NCBI GenBank assembly: GCA_043765375.1
Contig: JAYUJH010000028.1
Coordinates: 12,332-76,331, forward strand
Length of the DNA: 64,000 nt
Direction: 5' to 3'
Origin: Alphaproteobacteria bacterium
GTDB taxonomy: Bacteria > Pseudomonadota > Alphaproteobacteria > Rickettsiales > UBA998
Shown here: positions 47,173-55,536 of the stretch, in pieces
Layout: the number at the start of each line of letters is the position of its first letter
Position numbering within the stretch: position 1 is the first letter of the stretch
Translations under genes and position numbers: made by a program
The notes under the pieces: model-generated
What the model was told of the DNA's origin: nothing
What the model saw: the letters and a program-made list of their open reading frames with translations, nothing else
The model's database searches: none

Positions 47173-48888
47173 TTAAAAACTATATCTTGCACCAAAGCGA
47201 TATAATTGTGAACTCCAGCTGACCTCATTAAGTTTTTGTGATGATGTGCTACCATTGCTGAAAATCACGGTGTCAATCCCATCTTCCAAGCTAAATGAGC
47301 GATATTTTATACCACCAAACAAGCCCCAGCCTGAATCCGTGAATAGATAATTATAATTTCCACCCAGTTCAAACCCCATGCCATTGCCTGAATTAATGAA
47401 GCTAACTGGTTGGTTGAAGCTGGTGCGTAAGTTCCATTCTCCCGTGCCTTCAAAATTAGCATAATGCAATTCACCACGGAAATCCAACAAATGTGAGCCA
47501 GATTTGAACCCACCTTTTAGCCCCGCAAAAGGCCCGCTCCATTGCATTTCATAATTGCTATCAAGCCCCTGAAATGCCCCTGTTTGTGGCACAACTTGCA
47601 CCCCATTTTTCATATTATAATTGGTTGTTTGGCTAGAATATCCAACAATTGGCGTGAGATATGATTTTGTTTGATTATCCGAGCTATCCATACGGATTTC
47701 ATAGCCCCCACCGATTTTATAGCCCATTGCATCGCTATCATCATTGCTGGAAGTTGAGCGTGAAATCTCAGTTAATCCACCAGCCGTTGCAGGAGTTGTT
47801 GCGGGCGCACCATTAGTAGTGGTTGGTGGTGCATTTTGATAATCCGAATCACGAGTTTCACCCGACAAACCTTTCGCATAATAAACCGAGCCTTCAACAT
47901 GCACTCCTTTGACTGAACCATCACGATGCGTATATTCACCTTCGCCCCCAATTTCCGCCATCGTCACCCCTTCAAATGCTAACTCCGAGAGTTTGGTAGG
48001 GTTTTGTCCTGCGATGTCCCCCGCAACATTCCAATTGGCATTATCAACACGATAGCCCGTATAAATACGCCCTGCGAATGCTGGCTGTGGTGCAATATTG
48101 CGCTTTTCGGGCGGTATATATTGCTGCCAACCATATTCAGATGCTGATTTTTGTGGAGCGTTTAAGTCCTGTGGAATATTTTGCGCTTGTGGCATGATTT
48201 GAGGTTGAGCTAATTGAGCTTGTGTTGTTTGACCTTGAGATATTTGCGCTTCTTGTGCATAATTATCACTCGGCATATATTCAGCTTTGCTTTTATCTAA
48301 GTTTTTATATGGTGTCGCAATATTCAATGGTAATGAATTATTTGCGGGATTTGCAGGATTTGCGAACGGCGTCACCACGTTTGAGATTGCTTTATTGCTA
48401 TAAGCTGATGATGAAGTCGTTTTGTTTTTAGAAAATATAGCTGGTGGTTCAACTGCCTCAATAATCACCACTTCACCATTCATTGCTTGTGTTAGTGGAG
48501 GCTTGGGAAATATTGGATTAATTTTTACTGGTGCAATATTTATTGGTGCAATATTTATTGGTGTGACATTTGCACCCGTAATATTTGCTTGTGTAACTTT
48601 TTGATTTGTTGCCGTTGCAAATGGTATTTTAATTGGCGTCACCACCGCTGGAGCAACATATTGCTGCGTTGGCTGGGGAGAAATGCTTGCATTGGGACGA
48701 AGATTTGGACGAGGGCGAACTGCCTGCGGGCGACCATTAATTTGTGTTCGTCCCGCTGATCCGCCACCATTTGCATAATCTCTATTAGCATAATACGGTT
48801 CGGCATTGCTTCCCACAGATTGCATTACGGAGCATGATGCAACGAGTAATACGATTGAGAGCAATTTGGCATTTGTGAAAAATCTCAT
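47173..48888 (-). CDS. Outer-membrane beta-barrel lipoprotein with Pro/Gln/Asn-rich repetitive linker
   Basis: 571 aa. Lipobox LVASC. Repeats PINIAPINIAPVKINP, ANPANPANN and QAQLAQPQIMPQAQNIPQ. The C-terminal ~270 aa have an alternating beta pattern ending ...FGARYSF. Confidence 0.6.
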   Translation of the reverse strand: MRFFTNAKLLSIVLLVASCSVMQSVGSNAEPYYANRDYANGGGSAGRTQINGRPQAVRPRPNLRPNASISPQPTQQYVAPAVVTPIKIPFATATNQKVTQANITGANVTPINIAPINIAPVKINPIFPKPPLTQAMNGEVVIIEAVEPPAIFSKNKTTSSSAYSNKAISNVVTPFANPANPANNSLPLNIATPYKNLDKSKAEYMPSDNYAQEAQISQGQTTQAQLAQPQIMPQAQNIPQDLNAPQKSASEYGWQQYIPPEKRNIAPQPAFAGRIYTGYRVDNANWNVAGDIAGQNPTKLSELAFEGVTMAEIGGEGEYTHRDGSVKGVHVEGSVYYAKGLSGETRDSDYQNAPPTTTNGAPATTPATAGGLTEISRSTSSNDDSDAMGYKIGGGYEIRMDSSDNQTKSYLTPIVGYSSQTTNYNMKNGVQVVPQTGAFQGLDSNYEMQWSGPFAGLKGGFKSGSHLLDFRGELHYANFEGTGEWNLRTSFNQPVSFINSGNGMGFELGGNYNYLFTDSGWGLFGGIKYRSFSLEDGIDTVIFSNGSTSSQKLNEVSWSSQLYRFGARYSF

Positions 48889-48938
48889 AATCTAAACAAC
48901 TAATATTAAATAGTTAAAATAATCATAAATATTAGCAT

Positions 48939-49559
48939 TTAATTGAATGGACAATGTTGTTTAATCGCTAAATCTAACTGTTCCATGGTGATTTTTACGC
49001 CGAGTTGGTGCATTGATGTCACGCCATAATCACGCAATCCGCATGGCACAATTCCCGCATAATGTGAGAGGTCAGGATTGAGATTAATCGCCGCCCCGTG
49101 ATAACTAACGCCTTTGCTAATGCGAATCCCAAGCGCAGCGATTTTCGCTTCATTGCCTTGATGCGCAACCCATATCCCGATGCGCCCTTGTCGCCTCTCG
49201 CCTGTGATGTCAAAGCTAGCTAGAACATCAATAATCCATTGCTCCATGGTGAACACAAAATGGCGCACATCTGGCACTTTGGGAGCATATCGGCGTTTGA
49301 GATTTAGCATCGCATAAATAATGCGTTGGTTTGGGCCGTGATAGGTATATTGCCCACCCCGCCCTGATTGATAAACTGGCAAATCGCTTTGCAATAAATC
49401 ATGGATTTTAGCCGATGTTCCCGCCGTGTATAATGACGGGTGTTCCAGCAACCATATTTCTTCCTCCGCATCGCCTGAAGCAATTTCCGCAACTTTTATC
49501 TCCATCAATGCAATTGTTGGTTCATATGGTGCGGGGTTGTTGAATGTTTGCCATTGCAT
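48939..49559 (-). CDS. lipB: Octanoyltransferase (lipoyl(octanoyl) transferase)
   Basis: 206 aa. Has EHPSLYTAGTSA, RGGQYTYHGPNQ, and KIAALGIRISKGVSYHG. Confidence 0.92.
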   Translation of the reverse strand: MQWQTFNNPAPYEPTIALMEIKVAEIASGDAEEEIWLLEHPSLYTAGTSAKIHDLLQSDLPVYQSGRGGQYTYHGPNQRIIYAMLNLKRRYAPKVPDVRHFVFTMEQWIIDVLASFDITGERRQGRIGIWVAHQGNEAKIAALGIRISKGVSYHGAAINLNPDLSHYAGIVPCGLRDYGVTSMHQLGVKITMEQLDLAIKQHCPFN

Positions 49560-49561
49560 GT

Positions 49562-50110
49562 TTATTTTAATATTTTTAGTTCATTTAATCTTGTTTCCAT
49601 CGCTGGTTCAGAAACTTGAAACATTTCAGCGAGTTTTGTGATTGCTTCTTTAGTATTAATTTTTCCGTCCGATTTTCTGGCAATCATTTCCCTGATTTCC
49701 TTGATAATGCTTGATTGTGGCATTAATAATCTAGCAGCAAAATCATTAGCTTCCTTTTCTTTAGAGCTTTTATTTCCATCTTTTCTTGGTTCTCTAATAA
49801 CTATATCTTTTTTACCTTTTATAATTTCAGGTATAAAATGTTTTATATAATGTCCAATTTCATGGGCAGCGGTAAAATTACGCCTTAATTTATATTCAAA
49901 CGGATTAATCCATATTGTCGTTTTACCATCTGCATAAGTTATTTCTCCAGAGAGCGGCATTAACTCTGTCTCGTATCGCTCATTAAAAAATATTCCTAAT
50001 TTATCTATAATTGCATATGGATTAAAAGGAGGGAAGGTTAAGCCCAAAATTTGCAAAAGCTCCTCTGGTTCAATATTGTTTAATTCTTTGATTGTATATC
50101 CGGTTGACAT
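49562..50110 (-). CDS. ImmA/IrrE family (Peptidase_M78, COG2856-like) zinc metallopeptidase, standalone (cassette 1)
   Basis: 182 aa. Has RRNFTAAHEIGHYIKH (HExxH) and EKEANDFAARLLMP (third-ligand Glu region), C-terminal ...LAEMFQVSEPAMETRL. No HTH domain. Confidence 0.8.
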   Translation of the reverse strand: MSTGYTIKELNNIEPEELLQILGLTFPPFNPYAIIDKLGIFFNERYETELMPLSGEITYADGKTTIWINPFEYKLRRNFTAAHEIGHYIKHFIPEIIKGKKDIVIREPRKDGNKSSKEKEANDFAARLLMPQSSIIKEIREMIARKSDGKINTKEAITKLAEMFQVSEPAMETRLNELKILK

Positions 50111-50114
50111 CGGT

Positions 50115-50642
50115 CTAATCCCCTAAGCTACTTTCATAAATACAGGTTTGTTCTGAATATTCAATGGTTTTTTTCTTGTTTTCTTCGTTTGTCTTTGAAT
50201 CTATTAAGATTTTAACGGCTTCATTAAATTGATGTGAATCTATTATTGCTTGAATGATTTTAGTTTTCACTTCTCCTTCTGGAAGTAATCCAATTGCTAT
50301 GCTGTCGTTAATTTTATCTATCTCTATTTTAACATCCTGTTTTATTTCGTTCTTTAATGATTCTCTGCTTTGCTGAATGCGATATTGAAGCCAAATGAGT
50401 GCAAAACCTAAAAAAGTTACTAATATTGCACTAAATGCAAGTTGATTGCTTGCAGTTGACAAAACATTTTCAATATGCTGATTAACTATATCATATTTTC
50501 TGTCTAAAATCATCTCATAATGTATTTGTAGCTCAATATCTTTATCAAGGGCAGATAGATTGCCCATGTCCAACTGTAATTCATATGATTTTTGTAAATC
50601 TAACGAATTATATTTAATTGTTGAGGTTGCATTATTGTTCAT
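50115..50642 (-). CDS. Hypothetical single-pass membrane protein (cassette 1 partner); ORF is open to 50690, overlapping the aspS 3' end
   Basis: 175 aa from ATG 50642 (191 aa from 50690). Central helix LAFSAILVTFLGFALIWLQY flanked by charged, coiled-coil-like segments. AT-rich. Stop lies 4 nt before the peptidase ATG. Confidence 0.6.
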   Translation of the reverse strand: MNNNATSTIKYNSLDLQKSYELQLDMGNLSALDKDIELQIHYEMILDRKYDIVNQHIENVLSTASNQLAFSAILVTFLGFALIWLQYRIQQSRESLKNEIKQDVKIEIDKINDSIAIGLLPEGEVKTKIIQAIIDSHQFNEAVKILIDSKTNEENKKKTIEYSEQTCIYESSLGD

Positions 50643-50646
50643 AAAG

Positions 50647-52497
50647 TTAAGCGGCTTCTTCACCATTCCCAACAGTTCGTTCGCTGTCAATCACACCCTT
50701 CGCCTTAGCGGAGAGTTGCAAGTTTAGTTCCCGCAATTGCTTATCATCAACAATGGCGGGGGCGTTCATCAGCAAATCTTGCGCCCTTTGATTCATTGGA
50801 AATGCTATCACTTCGCGGATATTCGGCTCATCAGCAATCAGCATTACCATGCGGTCAATTCCTGGGGCGATACCACCATGCGGCGGTGCGCCATAATGAA
50901 ATGCTTTCCATAATGCGCCAAACTTGCGCTCAATCGCTGATTCATCATAGCCCGCAATTTCAAATGCTGCTCGCATAATATCGGGGCGGTGGTTACGGAT
51001 TGCACCAGACGAAAGTTCCACCCCGTTACAGACAATATCATATTGATATGCAAGGATTTTTAACAATTCTTCACGGTTACCTTTGGCAGCAAGCAACGCC
51101 TCCAACCCGCCTTGGGGCATTGAAAATGGATTATGTGAAAAAATGATTTTTTTCTCCTCAGCGTCCCATTCATAATAAGGAAAATCAACAACCCAACAAA
51201 ACTTGAAGATATTTTTATCAATTAATTCTAACTGAGTTCCAACTTCAGTTCGCACTTTACCCGCAATATTCGCTGCTTCATCAGGCGTGCCGCTGGCAAA
51301 AAATACGCTATCACCATTTTTTATTCCCACTTTTGCGCATAAAACAGCCAATTTATCTTGTGGTAAAAACTTCGCAATTGCTCCTTTTGCCACGCCGTCA
51401 TTATCCAATGTGATGTAAGCCAAGCCTTTTGCCCCATTTTCTTGCGCAAATGCTATCATTTTATCAAAGAAACTTCTCGGTTTGTCCGCCGTATTTGGTG
51501 CTGGAATTGCCCGCACCGCAAGCCCTTTGCTCGCCATATCAGCGAATATTTTGAACTCTGTGCCAGCCCAAATATCCGCCACTTCGCAAATCTCAATTGG
51601 ATTGCGCAAATCAGGTTTATCGCAACCATATTTAAGCATCGCCTGCGTGTAAGGAATGCGTGGAAATGCTTCTGTGCCAACATTTTTGCTAGAAAACTCT
51701 GTGAATAATTCACGCACCACTGGCTCAATCACGCCGAACACATCTTCTTGCGTGGCAAAACTCATTTCCATATCTAACTGATAAAACTCCCCCGGTGAAC
51801 GGTCAGCCCTTGCATCTTCATCACGAAAACATGGTGCAATTTGAAAATAGCGGTCAAAGCCAGAAGTCATCAGTAATTGCTTGAATATTTGCGGAGCTTG
51901 TGGCAGTGCATAAAACTTGCCCGCATGAACACGGCTTGGCACGAGATAATCCCTCGCTCCTTCAGGTGATGAACTGGTGAGAATTGGTGTTTGAATCTCC
52001 AAGAAATTAAGAGCAGTCATTTTTTGGCGCAAACTTGAAATCACCTTAGAGCGCAACACAATATTATTATGCAGTTTTTCACGGCGCAAATCTAAAAAGC
52101 GATATGTAAGCCTTGTTTCTTCAGGGAAATCACGCTCGCTATTCACCTGTAACGGCAATGGTTCAGCGAGGGATTCCACATGACAATCGGTGATTTTCAC
52201 CTCAATTGCTCCAGTGGCAAGTGTTGCATTAACCGCCTCTTGAGTGCGAGAAACAACCGCACCTTGCAATGTTATCACAGATTCATTTTTTAAGCCTGCC
52301 ACCACTTCAAACAGCGCATTTTCAATAATATTTTTATCTACCACGCATTGAGTGATACCATAATGATCGCGCAAATCTACAAATATCAACTGCCCATGAT
52401 CCCGCACACGATGCACCCAACCTGAGAGTTTGACTTGCTCACCTGCATGACTTTCGGTTAATTCGTTGCAATTATGGCTGCGATAAATATGGTTCAT
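50647..52497 (-). CDS. aspS: Aspartate--tRNA ligase (probably non-discriminating type)
   Basis: Has class II motifs FRDEDLRADR-like ([22 protein letters not shown]) and [13 protein letters not shown]. Start trimmed to ATG 52497 ([13 protein letters not shown]). Confidence 0.95.
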   Translation of the reverse strand: MNHIYRSHNCNELTESHAGEQVKLSGWVHRVRDHGQLIFVDLRDHYGITQCVVDKNIIENALFEVVAGLKNESVITLQGAVVSRTQEAVNATLATGAIEVKITDCHVESLAEPLPLQVNSERDFPEETRLTYRFLDLRREKLHNNIVLRSKVISSLRQKMTALNFLEIQTPILTSSSPEGARDYLVPSRVHAGKFYALPQAPQIFKQLLMTSGFDRYFQIAPCFRDEDARADRSPGEFYQLDMEMSFATQEDVFGVIEPVVRELFTEFSSKNVGTEAFPRIPYTQAMLKYGCDKPDLRNPIEICEVADIWAGTEFKIFADMASKGLAVRAIPAPNTADKPRSFFDKMIAFAQENGAKGLAYITLDNDGVAKGAIAKFLPQDKLAVLCAKVGIKNGDSVFFASGTPDEAANIAGKVRTEVGTQLELIDKNIFKFCWVVDFPYYEWDAEEKKIIFSHNPFSMPQGGLEALLAAKGNREELLKILAYQYDIVCNGVELSSGAIRNHRPDIMRAAFEIAGYDESAIERKFGALWKAFHYGAPPHGGIAPGIDRMVMLIADEPNIREVIAFPMNQRAQDLLMNAPAIVDDKQLRELNLQLSAKAKGVIDSERTVGNGEEAA

Positions 52498-52628
52498 TAT
52501 TTCAATCCTCAAAAGATTTGGCATTATTCAAATTGATTTATAAAATAATTAGCGCAAATGTCAATAAATCTTATGAGTGGGCGCAAATGTTGTGAATATT
52601 AAACAAATATCAAACTAAAATATCAAGT

Positions 52629-53774
52629 TCATGATAATTTATTTTTGAAATCTTCATAGCCAAATGATTTTATCAGACGATACTCACCATTTTCTTCCAA
52701 CACCCCAATATCTGGCAAAGGAACGCCATTGAAACTTGTATTTTTCACCATACTATATTGCATCATATCAGTAAATATAACATTATCACCCGCCTGCAAT
52801 GGTTTGGCGAAATTGTAAGTCCCGATAATATCACCTGTTAAGCAAGTATTGCCCGCTAAAATATATTGATGCGAATGAGAAGCATTCTCATTATTTGCGT
52901 CATCAATAATCGCCACATCACCAATCACATTTGGACGATATGGAACTTCCAACACATCGGGCATATGGCAAGTGGCTGAGGCGTTCAAAATAGCGATATT
53001 TGCACCGCCACAATGCACCACATCAATCACTGTTGCAACCAGATATCCCGCATCATAAACATGTGCTGCGCCAGATTCCATGATAATGCGCAAATTAAAT
53101 GTTGTTTGCATGTGGTTAATGGCGGCAATCAACGCCTCTACATCATAATTTGTATGGGTGAAATAATGCCCTCCCCCAATATTCAAATAATCAATATGAT
53201 GCAAAATATGCGGGGCAATATCGCATAAATGCGCAAGCAAAGCGGTGGAATCTGCTGCCATATTTTCGCATAAATTATGAACATGTAATAGGTTGATGTG
53301 GCTTAAAACTTCGGGCGTTATGTCTGATATAGTCACGCCAAAGCGAGATGTTGAGTTTGACGGGTCGTATATCGGGTTGTTCTGCACTAGCGATAAACGA
53401 GGATTAATGCGCAATCCCCGCACTTTGAACTGCTCACCATAAGCGGTTAATTGCTTGATTGAGTTGAAGGATATATGCTGACAAATCGGAGCAAGTTGGG
53501 CGATATCATCGGCTGAAAAAGCGGGGCAGTAAGCATGGACTTCACCACAAAAATGCTCATGTCCAAGCCTTGCTTCATATAGCCCACTTGCCGTTGTGCC
53601 ATCAAGCACTGTTGCAAACTCATTAAATATGGCAAACATGGAAAATGCTTTGGTCGCCAGCAACATGGTGCAATTTGTTGATTGTTTGATATGCGCTGCA
53701 ATACGCAAATTAGCCCGTATTTTAGCCATATCCGCCACATAAGCGGGGGTATTAATGTGGTTGAGGATTTTCAT
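52629..53774 (-). CDS. nspC: Carboxynorspermidine/carboxyspermidine decarboxylase
   Basis: Reads TPAYVADMAKIRANL..., with an alanine-racemase-like barrel pattern, GGGHYFT, and the C-terminal beta domain. Start trimmed to ATG 53774 (MKILNHINTPAYV), 1 nt after the upstream gene's stop. Confidence 0.82.
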   Translation of the reverse strand: MKILNHINTPAYVADMAKIRANLRIAAHIKQSTNCTMLLATKAFSMFAIFNEFATVLDGTTASGLYEARLGHEHFCGEVHAYCPAFSADDIAQLAPICQHISFNSIKQLTAYGEQFKVRGLRINPRLSLVQNNPIYDPSNSTSRFGVTISDITPEVLSHINLLHVHNLCENMAADSTALLAHLCDIAPHILHHIDYLNIGGGHYFTHTNYDVEALIAAINHMQTTFNLRIIMESGAAHVYDAGYLVATVIDVVHCGGANIAILNASATCHMPDVLEVPYRPNVIGDVAIIDDANNENASHSHQYILAGNTCLTGDIIGTYNFAKPLQAGDNVIFTDMMQYSMVKNTSFNGVPLPDIGVLEENGEYRLIKSFGYEDFKNKLS

Positions 53775-53775
53775 G

Positions 53776-54096
53776 TTATTTGTTGTCTGAAGTAGAATCT
53801 TTAAGTAATTTAACGAAAAATCCTGCCACTCCCCCAACTGCAAAAATTGTTACTCGTTCAATTGTTTGAATTGATTGAGGTTCAACGGAATTATTATCTA
53901 ATAAATATATTCCATATAAATATGCTGAAAACGCTATTGCGGTGGATAATGTTAAACAAATTATGAAAATTATGACGGCTAAACAAAAGACAATCCAATT
54001 ATATAATTTTTGTTTGCGACGTTCGGAAATATCCTCCTTGACCTCTGCGTTTAGGCTTTCTTCAAAGGTAGTATTATATTCTTTATCATTATTCAT
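53776..54096 (-). CDS. Hypothetical small two-TM membrane protein (cassette 2 partner)
   Basis: 106 aa. Helices WIVFCLAVIIFIICLTLSTAIAFSAYLYGIYLL and VTIFAVGGVAGFFVKLL. ATGA overlap with the upstream peptidase stop. AT-rich. Confidence 0.6.
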   Translation of the reverse strand: MNNDKEYNTTFEESLNAEVKEDISERRKQKLYNWIVFCLAVIIFIICLTLSTAIAFSAYLYGIYLLDNNSVEPQSIQTIERVTIFAVGGVAGFFVKLLKDSTSDNK

Positions 54097-54602
54097 GATG
54101 CAGATACAAGCCCCAGACTTAATGCTCTATAGTATGTTGCATCTTTGGAAACGCCAAAAAAATCTGCAATATCTTGAATCTTTGGCTCTGCTCCCAGTGC
54201 TTGCCACGCTTTGATGAAGTGATTAGTTGGCATAAGCAAGTTAGCAGCAAATTGATTGGCTTCTAATTCTCTTCCACGATATTCAAAGTCAATTATGTCA
54301 CCGTCTCTGTCTATAACTCTATGTTCCTCTAAATAATCACGATGAATCACAAAATGTGCAATTTCATGGGCTATAGTAAATCTTCTTCTCACCGCAGCTT
54401 TTCTTTCATTGATAATTATGCTAACTTCACCCTTTTCATTAATTTGGATATGACCATCTTTACCCTTAGCATAATTTTTAGACTGTTCAATTCTAATCCC
54501 TAGATTGTCGCAAATCTGTCCAATTTGAACCATTGGCTTAATTGAAGGTAATCCTTGAAGTAATTCCTGAGCTTTGCTTTCTATCTCTTCTCTCATTATC
54601 AT
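54093..54602 (-). CDS. ImmA/IrrE family (Peptidase_M78, COG2856-like) zinc metallopeptidase, standalone (cassette 2)
   Basis: Has RRRFTIAHEIAHFVIH (HExxH), ELEANQFAANLLMP, and ...IADFFGVSKDATYYRALSLGL. Start set at ATG 54602 (alternative 54596). The track's TTG 54638 coincides with a -35 hexamer. Confidence 0.8.
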   Translation of the reverse strand: MIMREEIESKAQELLQGLPSIKPMVQIGQICDNLGIRIEQSKNYAKGKDGHIQINEKGEVSIIINERKAAVRRRFTIAHEIAHFVIHRDYLEEHRVIDRDGDIIDFEYRGRELEANQFAANLLMPTNHFIKAWQALGAEPKIQDIADFFGVSKDATYYRALSLGLVSAS

Positions 54603-54609
54603 AAATGAT

Positions 54610-54638
54610 ATTATATATAACGTAAATCGCTTTTGCAA
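54610..54638 (-). promoter_or_regulatory. Near-consensus sigma70 promoter TTGCAA-N17-TATAAT immediately upstream of the cassette 2 peptidase (possible leaderless mRNA)
   Basis: The minus strand reads cTTGCAAaagcgatttacgttataTATAATatcatttATG. Only 7 nt separate the -10 from the ATG, and there is no SD. Confidence 0.5.
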
Positions 54639-54651
54639 GTAATTATGATAT

Positions 54652-55179
54652 TTACAATTTCAACAATTTTTTGCGAATGTCGGGTTCGGAGGTGGATTCA
54701 CCAAGCCAGATTCCCATGAATGCTTGTTCCATTTCAGCGTTACGTAACACGCCCGTTGATTTGCCATTATGGCAGAAAAATAATCCCATATTCGGGCGAT
54801 AAACCGCAGATATATTATCACCTTCCACGACATTTGGCAAAAGTGGGGGCAAAATCCGTTTGAAATCTTCCAACATCACTGCATCAACATTTTTATTATG
54901 CTGCAATTCCTCCAGACTCCGTTCCACAAAATCTTCGCCGTCAATATCCACAAAATATGTGAGATGCAGGGCGTGGGGGGAGTTCATGTTCCATTTTGGG
55001 GAATCACTCCAAAACTCTACATCATAAACATGGAACAACAACTTGTTGAGGGTAGCAGTGCCTTGAGGTTTGCTGCTTTTAACAACTGAGGCAATGCAAG
55101 GCGGCGCAGAATTAGCAATATTTGCGGTGTAAAAAATCAAAAAACAACATAACATCAAAATATATTTTTTCATAAACAT
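54652..55179 (-). CDS. Chalcone isomerase-like family periplasmic protein
   Basis: 175 aa with a signal peptide. Has ...LLFHVYDVEFWSD..., HALHLTYFVDIDGEDFV and FMGIWLGESTSEPDIRKKLL, typical of bacterial CHI-like proteins. Confidence 0.55.
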   Translation of the reverse strand: MFMKKYILMLCCFLIFYTANIANSAPPCIASVVKSSKPQGTATLNKLLFHVYDVEFWSDSPKWNMNSPHALHLTYFVDIDGEDFVERSLEELQHNKNVDAVMLEDFKRILPPLLPNVVEGDNISAVYRPNMGLFFCHNGKSTGVLRNAEMEQAFMGIWLGESTSEPDIRKKLLKL

Positions 55180-55430
55180 GGTATATCGTTTTTTTATGAA
55201 AATAGCAAAATTAAAATATATGGGAAAAAATCATATAAAATAATGGGAAAAAATCATAGTGGAAATTAGAAATAATGATTGCATTGTTTATATTGTTGAA
55301 CGTAGATGATGTTGGCAATGCTTTATTAAAGTCACGTAACATATAATTAGAATTATCTTGCAAATATTAAAGCATTTTTAATAAAAATAGCTGGTGATGT
55401 TGGCATTTTTGCGCTATTATGTAAAATAAA

Positions 55431-55465
55431 TTATAGTCTTAGCTCTATTTATAGTCTTAGCTCTA
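55431..55465. repeat. Tandem duplication ttatagtcttagctcta (x2, 1 nt apart) in the iscS upstream region
   Basis: Read directly. Further short duplications follow (atacaca, catcagataa, ggataaatcata), and atgggaaaaaatcata x2 lies at 55220..55258. Confidence 0.75.
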
Positions 55466-55536
55466 AAATAATAATACACATAGATACACATCAGATAATT
55501 AACAATCCATCAGATAAATCATACGGATAAATCATA

